64,000 bases of DNA. Source: Phycisphaeraceae bacterium (lineage in GTDB: Bacteria > Planctomycetota > Phycisphaerae > Phycisphaerales > Phycisphaeraceae). A model generated the notes under the pieces. That model saw only the letters and a list, made by a program, of their open reading frames with translations. It had not been told where the DNA came from and made no database searches. The translations under genes were made by a program, and so were the position numbers. The stretch lies in the NCBI GenBank assembly GCA_963674705.1, contig OY771506.1, positions 2,304,001-2,368,000 of the forward strand, given 5' to 3'. Position 1 is the stretch's first letter; every line of letters begins with the position of its first letter. This document shows, piece after piece, positions 30,149-39,068 of this stretch.

Positions 30149-32833
30149 GTGAGTATCCGCAACTTAGATGCCATTTTTAAGCCTAAACGTGTAGCTGTTA
30201 TCGGTGCAAGTGATTCGCCTTCAGGCGTCGGCTACGCGGTCCTTCGAAATATGGTCGGCGCAGGGTTCGACGGTGTCGTGTATCCGGTTAACCCCAAGCG
30301 CGAGAGCGTTCAGGGGATCGCCGCATATAAGAGCGTCAAAGAGGTGCCTTTCACGCCTGACCTGGCGGTGATCTGCACGCCGTCAGCGACGGTGAAGCCG
30401 CTCGTTCAGGAGTGTGCCGACGCCGGCGTCAAGGGTGTGGTGATCATCACCGCCGGTTTCCGTGAGACGGGCGAGGAGGGCTTGAAACAGGAACTTGAGA
30501 TCGCTGAGATCGCCCGTAAGGCCGGGATGCGTGTGGTTGGTCCGAACTGCCTGGGTGTTATCACACCAAGGCTCGGGCTCAACGCCAGCTTCACAGTCGG
30601 CATGCCGAAGGACGGCAACATTGCATTCATCTCGCAATCCGGGGCACTAGGCACAAGCGTATTAGACTGGGCGGTCCGCAAGGGTATTGGTCTGTCGTAC
30701 TTCGTGTCCGTCGGTAACATGATGGACGTCGGCTTCCCGGCCCTGATCGACTACTTCGGCCAGGACCCGCGCACCCGATCGCTGATCCTTTATATCGAAT
30801 CGATCAAGGACGCCCGCCGTTTCGTCTCGGCGGCACGTGCGTTCAGCAAGAAGATGCCGATCATCGCCTACAAGGCCGGCCGATTCGCCGAATCTGCCGC
30901 CGCCGCCGCGTCGCACACCGGTGCCCTGATGGGGGCTGACGATGTGCACGACGCCGCGTTCCGGCGTGCGGGTATCGAACGTGTGTATGAGATCGACGAC
31001 CTGTTCGATTGTGCCGAGTTGCTTGCCAGGCATCAACCGCCCAAGAGCAGTCGACTGGCGATCGTCACGAATGCCGGCGGCCCGGGCGTCATGGCGACCG
31101 ATGCGCTACTGGCTCACGGTGGCGAACTGGCCAAACTCCAGCCGGAAACCATGGAGAAGCTCAACGCCTGCATGCCTGCCGCATGGTCGCATGGCAACCC
31201 GGTCGACGTACTGGGTGACGCGACCAGTGCCCGTTATGCCGACGCCGTCAAGATCGTCAGTGAAGACCCGAACGTCGACGCGATGCTCGTCATCCTTACG
31301 CCCCAAGCCATGACTGACGATCAGGAAACCGCGCGTGTACTCGGTGAAACCTGTGGCAACATGAGTAAACCCGTCCTCGGCGCCTGGTTGGGTGGTACAT
31401 CGGTCATCAAGGGCCGCGAAATCCTCAACCGCTACAACATCCCATCGTATCCAAGCCCCGAGCGTGCCATCCGCGGGTATATGCACTTGGTCAATCACGC
31501 CAAGAACATCGAGACGCTTTACGAAACCCCATCGGCTGTCCCGATCCACGATACCGTCAGCAAAGACCTGGCCGGTTCTTTGAGAGATATGCCGAACCTG
31601 ACGCTCAGTGAGATCGAATCCAAGCAACTGTTCAAGGACTTCGGTATCCCGGTCGCGATGGCTGAACCTGCATCGAGTGCGGATCAAGCGGTGAAGATCG
31701 CAAAGGAGATGGGCTACCCCGTCGTTATGAAGATCCGGTCACCACAGATCACGCATAAGACCGATGTCGGCGGCGTGGCGTTGGGTCTTGAAACCGATGA
31801 GGAAGTTCGAGGGGCTTACGAACGCATCACCGAAGCTGCTGCGAAGCTGAGGCCGGACGCTGATATCCAAGGCGTTTCCATCCAGCCGATGATCAGCAAC
31901 CGCGACGGCATCGAAATGATTCTCGGTGTTAAGAAAGACCCGGTCTTCGGAACCGTGCTGCTTGCAGGTATGGGTGGCGTGACCGCTGAACTCTTGCAGG
32001 ACCGCGTGCTTGGTATGCCCCCCCTGACAGAGGCGCTGGCCCGCCGGATGCTCGAATCACTGCGATGCTGGCCGCTGCTCAATGGCTACCGTGGCAAACC
32101 ACCGGTTGATGTTAATGCCCTGCTGGAAGTGTTGATCCGCATGTCGCTGCTGGTCGCACAGACGCCTAACATCGCGGAACTGGACATCAATCCGCTTGTC
32201 GTCACACCCAAGGGTGCCACCGCGCTGGACGCACGCATCATCACCGACAACTCTACTGGTATCCCGGACGAGCACTATTCACACCTGGCAATCCGGCCCT
32301 ACCCGACCGAGTTTGTCGACAAGGTCATCCTGCCTGAAACAGGTGAAGAGGTTACGTTCCGCCCGATCCGTCCCGAAGACGAACCGCGCTGGCACGACCT
32401 TCTCGCCAGTTGCTCAGCCGAGAGCCTGCGTGCGCGTTTCTTCTCGACGATCGGTAAGAGCACGCACGAGATGGCTAAGCGCTACTGCTACATCGACTAC
32501 GACCGTGAAATGGCGATCGTCGCACTGGTCAAGGATGGCAACAACAAGCGGATGGTGGGTGTCTGCCGACTTGTTGCCGACCCCGACCATCTCGATGCGG
32601 AATACGCCATCCTCGTCGCGGATAAATGGCAGGGCGTCCGCCTTGGCACCTTGCTGACTTCATACTGTCTGCAAGTCGCCAAACGCTGGGGCATCCGCCG
32701 TGTCTTCGGCGGCACCATGATCGACAACCGCCGTATGATCGCCACCTTCCGCGAGCAGGGATTCGATGTCGTCACCGAAGATGAAGAGGGCATCGTTAAA
32801 GCCGAACGTACGACAGATGAAATCCCGGTCTAA
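30149..32833 (+). CDS. NDP-forming acyl-CoA synthetase-like domain fused to GNAT acetyltransferase (Pat/YfiQ-like)
   Basis: AVIGAS, GPNCLG, SQSGA, SHTGA, TNAGGPG and HKTDVGGV motifs; C-terminal RPIRPED...WQGVRLG GNAT; GTG start. Confidence 0.88.
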   Translation: MSIRNLDAIFKPKRVAVIGASDSPSGVGYAVLRNMVGAGFDGVVYPVNPKRESVQGIAAYKSVKEVPFTPDLAVICTPSATVKPLVQECADAGVKGVVIITAGFRETGEEGLKQELEIAEIARKAGMRVVGPNCLGVITPRLGLNASFTVGMPKDGNIAFISQSGALGTSVLDWAVRKGIGLSYFVSVGNMMDVGFPALIDYFGQDPRTRSLILYIESIKDARRFVSAARAFSKKMPIIAYKAGRFAESAAAAASHTGALMGADDVHDAAFRRAGIERVYEIDDLFDCAELLARHQPPKSSRLAIVTNAGGPGVMATDALLAHGGELAKLQPETMEKLNACMPAAWSHGNPVDVLGDATSARYADAVKIVSEDPNVDAMLVILTPQAMTDDQETARVLGETCGNMSKPVLGAWLGGTSVIKGREILNRYNIPSYPSPERAIRGYMHLVNHAKNIETLYETPSAVPIHDTVSKDLAGSLRDMPNLTLSEIESKQLFKDFGIPVAMAEPASSADQAVKIAKEMGYPVVMKIRSPQITHKTDVGGVALGLETDEEVRGAYERITEAAAKLRPDADIQGVSIQPMISNRDGIEMILGVKKDPVFGTVLLAGMGGVTAELLQDRVLGMPPLTEALARRMLESLRCWPLLNGYRGKPPVDVNALLEVLIRMSLLVAQTPNIAELDINPLVVTPKGATALDARIITDNSTGIPDEHYSHLAIRPYPTEFVDKVILPETGEEVTFRPIRPEDEPRWHDLLASCSAESLRARFFSTIGKSTHEMAKRYCYIDYDREMAIVALVKDGNNKRMVGVCRLVADPDHLDAEYAILVADKWQGVRLGTLLTSYCLQVAKRWGIRRVFGGTMIDNRRMIATFREQGFDVVTEDEEGIVKAERTTDEIPV

Positions 32834-32862
32834 TAAAGTGCAATTGAAGTGACTATCAAACC

Positions 32863-32895
32863 ACAGCCCCGAGTGAAAGCTCGGGGTTGTTTATT
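32863..32895 (+). terminator. Intrinsic terminator
   Basis: ACAGCCCCGAGT-GAAA-GCTCGGGGTTGT followed by TTATT, between convergent genes. Confidence 0.75.
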
Positions 32896-32911
32896 GTCCA
32901 AGTACATGGAA

Positions 32912-34168
32912 TTAGTTGTTTAGTTCATCAAGCAATAACTGGGCGGCTTCGGCTTCATCCGAATCCGGATACTTTGTGATCAGGTTTCGTAGTATTCCAA
33001 TTGCCAGGTCCTTGCGCCCGGCTGCCATATAGTTTTTAGCAAGCGCCAAATCCTCTCTGGCTTTGTCAATCTGAGGCTTGTCAGATTCAGTGCTTTCAAG
33101 GGTCGGTTCTGTTTGCGGCAGCTCAGCGAGTGCATTATCTAATGCATTTTGTGCCAGCGGTGCGTAGCTTGTGTCGTTGTAATCACGCAGTAGTTCCCGC
33201 ATTGCTTCGATGCCGTGCGGTTGGCTGCGTCGTAATGTGTCCTGTGCCCGTTCAAATTGTATGCCCGCCTTCTTTTCACGACGTTCGCGGATCTCTGCAA
33301 GCGGTTTATCCAAGGCTCCGATCCCCTTGGCGAACCAGTCATTCGGCGGAAGCGCGTGGCCCATCCCCGGCACTTCCAGGTAGGTCACGTGTTCAAACTT
33401 GGCACGCTGATAGCCGTACTGATACGTCGTCAATGTCTGGATGCGGTTGCCATCGGTCTCACCGGTCAGCAAGACGTATCGGCCGTCTCGCTTGGCGCGT
33501 CGAAGGATATGCGGACTCGGCGGCATAAACGCCGGCGCCCAGAAGACGAGACGGGTGGCCGTGCTGTCTTCATGCGGAAGCCGTGTGAAAAAGTCCACGC
33601 CAATGATCGCAAACATCCCCGCAAATTCATCCGCGTAGATCAACCCGACACGCGACGCACTGCGTCCGCCGCCGGAAATACCGCTGATGTACATCCGCAT
33701 CGGGTCGATCCGGTACTGCTGTTTGATGTTGTACATCCCATCCAGCGCAAGTCCCGCACGATGCCAGAAGTTCCGATCATTCCCCGAATTGTTCGCGCCT
33801 ACCCAGATCAACTTGTAGTGATCGAGTACGACTCGGTATTCCTGGGGTGGTTCACCCTGCGCCCCGGCGTTGATCCACACGAGCAGACCGTACGGCTCCG
33901 TCCCGTCATAAGCTTCCGGCACATAAACCGAAAACGATTCTTCGGCGAGCATGTAATCTGATAATGGCTGTTCCAGCTCGTATCGGAAACGTTCAGTAAT
34001 CGCTTCAACCGAGCTTAGTGGGCTGCGTTTAGTGAATGTTGTGTCATACAGACCGAGTTTCGGCTTGGTTTCATCAACCAGATCATCGGCCGGATCAACC
34101 TGCGCAATAGCCACACCCGCCGCGGACAGCCACAACGCGCACATCGAGATGGCGATCAGATAACGCAT
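32912..34168 (-). CDS. Secreted alpha/beta-hydrolase (esterase-like) with C-terminal TPR-like helices
   Basis: Signal peptide; VYVP, GISGGG nucleophile elbow, GETD and GMGH motifs; ending LAKNY...KYPDS.EA. Confidence 0.7.
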   Translation of the reverse strand: MRYLIAISMCALWLSAAGVAIAQVDPADDLVDETKPKLGLYDTTFTKRSPLSSVEAITERFRYELEQPLSDYMLAEESFSVYVPEAYDGTEPYGLLVWINAGAQGEPPQEYRVVLDHYKLIWVGANNSGNDRNFWHRAGLALDGMYNIKQQYRIDPMRMYISGISGGGRSASRVGLIYADEFAGMFAIIGVDFFTRLPHEDSTATRLVFWAPAFMPPSPHILRRAKRDGRYVLLTGETDGNRIQTLTTYQYGYQRAKFEHVTYLEVPGMGHALPPNDWFAKGIGALDKPLAEIRERREKKAGIQFERAQDTLRRSQPHGIEAMRELLRDYNDTSYAPLAQNALDNALAELPQTEPTLESTESDKPQIDKAREDLALAKNYMAAGRKDLAIGILRNLITKYPDSDEAEAAQLLLDELNN

Positions 34169-34185
34169 GATGGATCATACGCATT

Positions 34186-34677
34186 CTACCGCACAAGTTT
34201 CAGTTTTCGCCGTTTATTCTGCTCGGCCAGGTATACAAGCACCTGCTGCGTGATCAGGCACTCGCTGGCGGTGTGCTGCAGTAGATGAATCAGTTCGAGC
34301 ACCTCGTCTGCCTCGGCCTTGCCGTCACGGAACGCGGCACGCAAGGATTTGAGGCTTTGGGCTGAGCTGTGGACCGCTTCGATCGAGGCGTCCAAGGCGT
34401 CAGAAGCATCGATCTTGCCGTCGGCGTTCACATCCAGTTCGAGGTCCGGGCAGGACAACTGCCATGTCGTCCCCATTGTAAATGTCTTCAACAGCGCCTC
34501 CTGCGCTTCTTTATTTGGCAGATGCCTGACCAGCAGGCGGATCGAGTCGAAGTCCGGCTGACTCTGCCCGGCGATCCAGCGATACACTGTCGACGTCGAT
34601 ACCCCCGCCATCTCCGCGATCTCGCGGGCCGTCGTCTGCTTCTTCTCGATCATCCGGTTCAGTGTTTTTGTCAGCAT
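34186..34677 (-). CDS. XRE-type HTH protein with EF-hand/dockerin-like loop
   Basis: AREIAEMAGVSTSTVYRWIAG.SQP helix-turn-helix; DVNADGKIDASD loop; AGGAG RBS. Confidence 0.75.
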   Translation of the reverse strand: MLTKTLNRMIEKKQTTAREIAEMAGVSTSTVYRWIAGQSQPDFDSIRLLVRHLPNKEAQEALLKTFTMGTTWQLSCPDLELDVNADGKIDASDALDASIEAVHSSAQSLKSLRAAFRDGKAEADEVLELIHLLQHTASECLITQQVLVYLAEQNKRRKLKLVR

Positions 34678-34867
34678 GGTCTTTTACTCCTGCCCGCCAC
34701 GATTTTCGCAAGTTTACCGCAAAATCTGTCCCGGAGTCGAGAAGATGGCCCGCGGCAACTGCGAAATTGGGCTGGGGAATGGAAGACAGCAAAAAACGCA
34801 GAAAACAGGAAATAAAACCCGATACCCGATACCCGTCCCCTGCTCGACTTTCTACTGTTCTAAACCC

Positions 34868-34993
34868 GCCCGGACCTTCGCTGCACTCAGGACCGGCGTT
34901 GGGGGGAAGAGCCATTAGCTTTTAGCCATTAGCCATTAGCACAAATCCTAAATCTTCAATCCTAAATCCTAAATACAATTCCCCACACCCCAT
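34868..34993 (+). repeat. Composite intergenic element, copy B
   Basis: Same module order as copy A; ends exactly at the stop codon (34994) of the minus-strand aminopeptidase. Confidence 0.9.
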
Positions 34994-36172
34994 TCACTCA
35001 TTCCCCGGCCAGCCGTCGAACACGAACTTGCCGTCCTTGGAAATAACCTCACCGTCGACGGTAATCGTCCCGCCACCCGCTTCCTTGCGCAGGTCGCAGA
35101 CCATGTCCCAGTGCAGGCCCGAGGCGTTGTGGTTGCCGGTTTCTGGATAACCTGCGCCGACAGCGATGTGGAACGTGCCGCCGATCTTCTCATCGAACAG
35201 CGTGTTCTTCGTGTATTCCTGGATCTGGTAGTTCGTCCCGATCGCGACTTCGCCGACGCTGCGCGCACCGGGATCCTGGTCCAGCATGTCGATCAGGAAG
35301 CCTTGATTCTTTGTTGCTTTTGCTTCGACGACTCGACCCTTTTTGAAAATTAATTCGATATCGTCGACCTCTCGTCCATGATAGACAGCGGGGAAACTGT
35401 AACGGACAACACCATTGACGCCGCCGTCCTTCGCTTTCAGATTAGGTCCGGTGAACACTTCACCGTCAGGGAAGTTCTCATGTCCACAGCAATTGATCCA
35501 TGTCATGCCCTCGACGTCGACTGTCAGGTCCGTGCCGTTCGCTGTCTGGAAGCGGACGATCTTCTTGCCGGTTAAGTAATCCACGACTTTCTGCTGACGC
35601 TCTTTGATCTCAAGCCAGGCCGCGACCGGATCGTCCAGGTCCAGATGACCCGCTTGGAAGACGAAGTCTTCATATTCGGTCAGGCTCATCTCAGCATCCT
35701 GCGCGCTCGCGGCCGTCGGGTACTGTGTGCCGGTCCACCTTAGCGGTTTGACACCCTCGACTTCTTCAGGATGGCTCGCCGCGGCGGCGCGGTCCATGAA
35801 CACCTGCATGATCGGCTTACGCGCCGCTGATGCAATACCCTGTCGTTTCGGGTCCACGCGTGACATGCTCTTGGTATTCGTGTCCGCCCACAAACCTATC
35901 GAGACGTCGATGGTCTCGATTTCGTGAAGTGCCAGCGGGTTGACATATTTAAGCTGTTCTTCATTCGCATGATCGAAGAAGATATTGCTCAAGGTTTCGG
36001 GTGTACATTTGACGAAAGGATGAGCCCCGGCCTTGATGACAGCCTCGTACAGTGCCTCCAGCAGCGGGATCGACACCGGTGCACCCCCAAGGCGGACCAG
36101 TTCCCCGGGCTTGATTCCGGTGGAATATTCAACCAGGACACGGGCCAGTTTATCAAGTCGTGGATCGCGCAA
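34994..36172 (-). CDS. M29-family aminopeptidase (AmpS/PepS-like)
   Basis: MRDPRLDKLA, NFPDGEVFTGP, GEVAIG, LFDEKIGGTFHIAVG and SGLHWDM motifs; TTG start with GGAGAG. Confidence 0.9.
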   Translation of the reverse strand: MRDPRLDKLARVLVEYSTGIKPGELVRLGGAPVSIPLLEALYEAVIKAGAHPFVKCTPETLSNIFFDHANEEQLKYVNPLALHEIETIDVSIGLWADTNTKSMSRVDPKRQGIASAARKPIMQVFMDRAAAASHPEEVEGVKPLRWTGTQYPTAASAQDAEMSLTEYEDFVFQAGHLDLDDPVAAWLEIKERQQKVVDYLTGKKIVRFQTANGTDLTVDVEGMTWINCCGHENFPDGEVFTGPNLKAKDGGVNGVVRYSFPAVYHGREVDDIELIFKKGRVVEAKATKNQGFLIDMLDQDPGARSVGEVAIGTNYQIQEYTKNTLFDEKIGGTFHIAVGAGYPETGNHNASGLHWDMVCDLRKEAGGGTITVDGEVISKDGKFVFDGWPGNE

Positions 36173-36334
36173 ATCAGTCTCTCCGCTGGGTAAATACTTT
36201 TGATCCCTGATTTCGGGTAGTCCATATCCTAATCGGTCAGACAGCCTTTTTCACAGCGATTTATCACGTCCGTCATTCTCCAGCCGGACCCGCCTTGCCA
36301 CGCGGCCGGATACCGCCTAGTTTGTATCCAGCGG

Positions 36335-37348
36335 ATGAATTCAGAACCAGAGACACAACTCAATGCGGATACGCCGGTCGACACCCCGGCCAGCCACGAG
36401 GCTGCGCCCATCCCGGGCGACATCGTCGCCGAGGGGCCGTTCGGCCAGATGCTCGAGCCCGTGCTCCGGTCCGTATGCGAAGGCAGGCTCTCAGAGATCA
36501 GTTGGTTCCGGACCGACTGGCAACGCGGCGGTGCGGCGACGGGGCACGCCACTTTCAAAGACGAAAATGGCAACGATCAGCCGGTCGTGGTGAAACTGCC
36601 TGTTCCGCCATGCGAATTGCAATGGATGCGGGTATTGCAGGATGTGCCGGACGTCGTGCCAAAACTATATGCCGGCAACGACACGCTCGGCGGCTACGAC
36701 TTCGCCTGGCTCGTGATGGAGCGTCTTCCGCACGGCCCGCTCAGTTCGGCTTGGAACGGCAACGAATTCAAGCTGCTCATAGAAGCGATCGGCCGATTCT
36801 ACAAGGCGGTCGAATCCATTCCGACCAACACCGAGCACAAACACCGCGACTGGGACGCTATCCATCATCACGCCCGCAAGAGCGTCCGCGCACAAGGTTT
36901 GCCCGAGGCGACACGTTGGAACAAAGTCCTCAAGAAGTCGCACCGTAAATATAAAGAATGGGTTGCTATCTGGGACGATCGGCCGATGTCGCACTGGTGT
37001 CACGGCGACCTGCACTTGGCAAACGCCATGACACGCAACGAACCACCCAACGGCCCGGCCGTGCTGTTTGACCTGGCCAAGGTGTGCGTTAGCCACTGGG
37101 TCCAGGACGGTGTTTATCTGGAACACCTCTACTGGGGACGCCCGGGTGAATTGCACGGCCACAAGCTCTGCAAGGAACTGGCACACCACCGCAAGGAAGT
37201 CGGCCTTCCTGTCGATAAGGGTTGGTCCAAACTCGCTGAAGCAAAACGCGCACTGCTGGCCATGAGCGTGCCGGCTGTTCTGGATATCGACGGCAACGCC
37301 CGCTACGTAAACGGTGCATTAGAAGTGCTTGAGAGAGCAGTGGGGTGA
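36335..37348 (+). CDS. Aminoglycoside phosphotransferase/choline kinase-like protein
   Basis: VVKL, WLVMERL, HGDLHLAN and LFD kinase motifs. Confidence 0.78.
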   Translation: MNSEPETQLNADTPVDTPASHEAAPIPGDIVAEGPFGQMLEPVLRSVCEGRLSEISWFRTDWQRGGAATGHATFKDENGNDQPVVVKLPVPPCELQWMRVLQDVPDVVPKLYAGNDTLGGYDFAWLVMERLPHGPLSSAWNGNEFKLLIEAIGRFYKAVESIPTNTEHKHRDWDAIHHHARKSVRAQGLPEATRWNKVLKKSHRKYKEWVAIWDDRPMSHWCHGDLHLANAMTRNEPPNGPAVLFDLAKVCVSHWVQDGVYLEHLYWGRPGELHGHKLCKELAHHRKEVGLPVDKGWSKLAEAKRALLAMSVPAVLDIDGNARYVNGALEVLERAVG

Positions 37349-37359
37349 TTGATCTGTAT

Positions 37360-37417
37360 TGTTCAATGTTCAATGTGTATGTCTTGAGATTGAACATTCC
37401 ACATCGAACATTGAACA
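37360..37417. repeat. Inverted heptamer arrays (TGTTCAA)n/(TTGAACA)n between convergent genes
   Basis: An 18-nt arm with one mismatch can pair across the intergenic space. Confidence 0.8.
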
Positions 37418-37422
37418 TCCCC

Positions 37423-38718
37423 TCAGTGTTTGTACTTCCGCGCCAGGTCTTTGCTTAACCGACACGTGATCTCATACGGGTGTGTTTTCGCCAGCTTTGC
37501 AAGGTTTGGCACGCTGTTCGGCGCACTTGGATCATCACTGATAATCTGCACGGTTTTGCCCATCATGCAGTGCATATCCCAGTCGGCTTCGCCGTTGGAC
37601 GCATCGGTCAGATCGATCGTAAGCTGGTCCATGTTGACTCGCCCGAGTACCGGCGCATCGATGTAATAACCTTCGTCATTCAATATCACGCGGACACTGG
37701 ATAGGTTGCTCAGCGCGACCGGGTAACCGTCACCGTAGCCGATGGGCACCACACCGACGACACTGTCGCGCTTGAGTTTATGTGTTGAGCCGTAGCCGAC
37801 CGGCGTCCATCGCGGATAACGCTGCACGTGGTTGATGCGTGTGATCCATCGGACGGTGTGTTCCAGCACGGGCACGTTGTCGACGATTGGACCGGGAGTA
37901 AGCAACTCCGGGCCGTAGCCGTAGATCGAGAGCCCCGGGCGGATCATGTCTTGGTGGAATCGCCGGTCGCGCATCGTCGCGAAACTGTTGGCGACGTGCT
38001 TAATACAATCTTTAGGCAGTTGCGCCGCATGCTGCGCGTGCGTATTTTCAAAGACTTCCAACTGCTCGTAGGCAAAGTCAGGATTGTCATCCGCGGTAGC
38101 CATGTGCGTGTATACACCCGCGACACGGACGTGTTGCATCTTGTTCAGGTCCTGCACGACCTGACCAAACTGCTCAGGATTAAATCCGGATCGGCTCATG
38201 CCCGTATCAAGGTACAGATGGATCGGCATCTTGATCCCGAATGTTCGGCTGATCTGGTTAACCGTATCGAGTTGTTCGAAGTCGTGGATCGACAGGTGCA
38301 GGTTACCAGCTACGGCAGGGCGGTATAGCGCATCGGTCCGGTTCAATTCACGCACGGGTGACAGCAGCAGCAGCGGGCAGTTGACGCTCTTATTAATCAG
38401 CAGCTCGGCTTCTGCGGTACTGTAGACTGCGAGCATGTCGCAGCCAGCCTTGACCAGGCGATGGGCGACTGCCGCCGCTCCCAGGCCATAGGCGTCTTTC
38501 TTCACTACGCAGCAGACCTTCGGTCGCTTGCTCGGCTTGTTATCGGAACTGGGTGTGACCAGATTGCGCAGCGCCAAAAAGTTGCGTTCCACGGCTGACA
38601 GGTCCACTTCAAACCAACTGGTTTCAGATGCCATCGGGGCCTCGACACGGACGGGGGATTTAATTTCTAACGGACCACGTATTTGTACCACGGGTGGTAT
38701 CTCCCTAATATCTGACAA
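37423..38718 (-). CDS. alr: Alanine racemase
   Basis: VVKKDAYG (PLP Lys), DTGMSRSG, YTHMATAD, RPGL.IYG, VGYG, GYGDG and GRVNMD motifs; the start may instead be the ATG at 38634. Confidence 0.88.
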   Translation of the reverse strand: MSDIREIPPVVQIRGPLEIKSPVRVEAPMASETSWFEVDLSAVERNFLALRNLVTPSSDNKPSKRPKVCCVVKKDAYGLGAAAVAHRLVKAGCDMLAVYSTAEAELLINKSVNCPLLLLSPVRELNRTDALYRPAVAGNLHLSIHDFEQLDTVNQISRTFGIKMPIHLYLDTGMSRSGFNPEQFGQVVQDLNKMQHVRVAGVYTHMATADDNPDFAYEQLEVFENTHAQHAAQLPKDCIKHVANSFATMRDRRFHQDMIRPGLSIYGYGPELLTPGPIVDNVPVLEHTVRWITRINHVQRYPRWTPVGYGSTHKLKRDSVVGVVPIGYGDGYPVALSNLSSVRVILNDEGYYIDAPVLGRVNMDQLTIDLTDASNGEADWDMHCMMGKTVQIISDDPSAPNSVPNLAKLAKTHPYEITCRLSKDLARKYKH

Positions 38719-38740
38719 GCAGCCGGCTTACCAGCCGCAG

Positions 38741-38953
38741 ATCGTCCGGAAAGCAGCCCGATGGGCTCAGATGTAACCGGATGCGATCTCGGCAGGGACG
38801 GTGCTGCGTGACGAGTGCTTGGCCTCGATTAATCAATCTGGTTTAAAATCATTATACAGCCAGATTTATGTCGACGCCCAATATTCATCCCGCAGCGCCA
38901 CGTCCCTGTCTTCTGACCGCTGGTCATCGGTCGGCTGCCTGATGTCGGGCGAT
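38741..38953 (+). ncRNA. Candidate ~213-nt rod-shaped structured RNA (6S-like or leader), unclassified
   Basis: At least six nested helices; the wobble pairs are G-U on the + strand. No family assignment was possible. Confidence 0.35.
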
Positions 38954-39068
38954 ATTTTCCCCCGATATCGGCGCGGGTTTTGCGCGGCCGCCGGCCGCCG
39001 ACCGACGCTGAATGACACATACCCGCCCATCGTTTCCCAACGATAGGGCGGTGCGGGCGATCCCCACC

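Noticed and set aside
34186..34677. Prophage remnant
   Set aside because: Only a single HTH gene; no integrase, structural genes or att sites were seen.
36335..37348. Antibiotic-resistance aminoglycoside kinase
   Set aside because: Only fold-level motifs are visible, the context is chromosomal and non-mobile, and the substrate is unknown.
38738..38760. SRP RNA-like GTCCGGAAAGCAGCC
   Set aside because: It lacks the GGAAGGAAGCAGC domain-IV pattern and the expected flanking helix.
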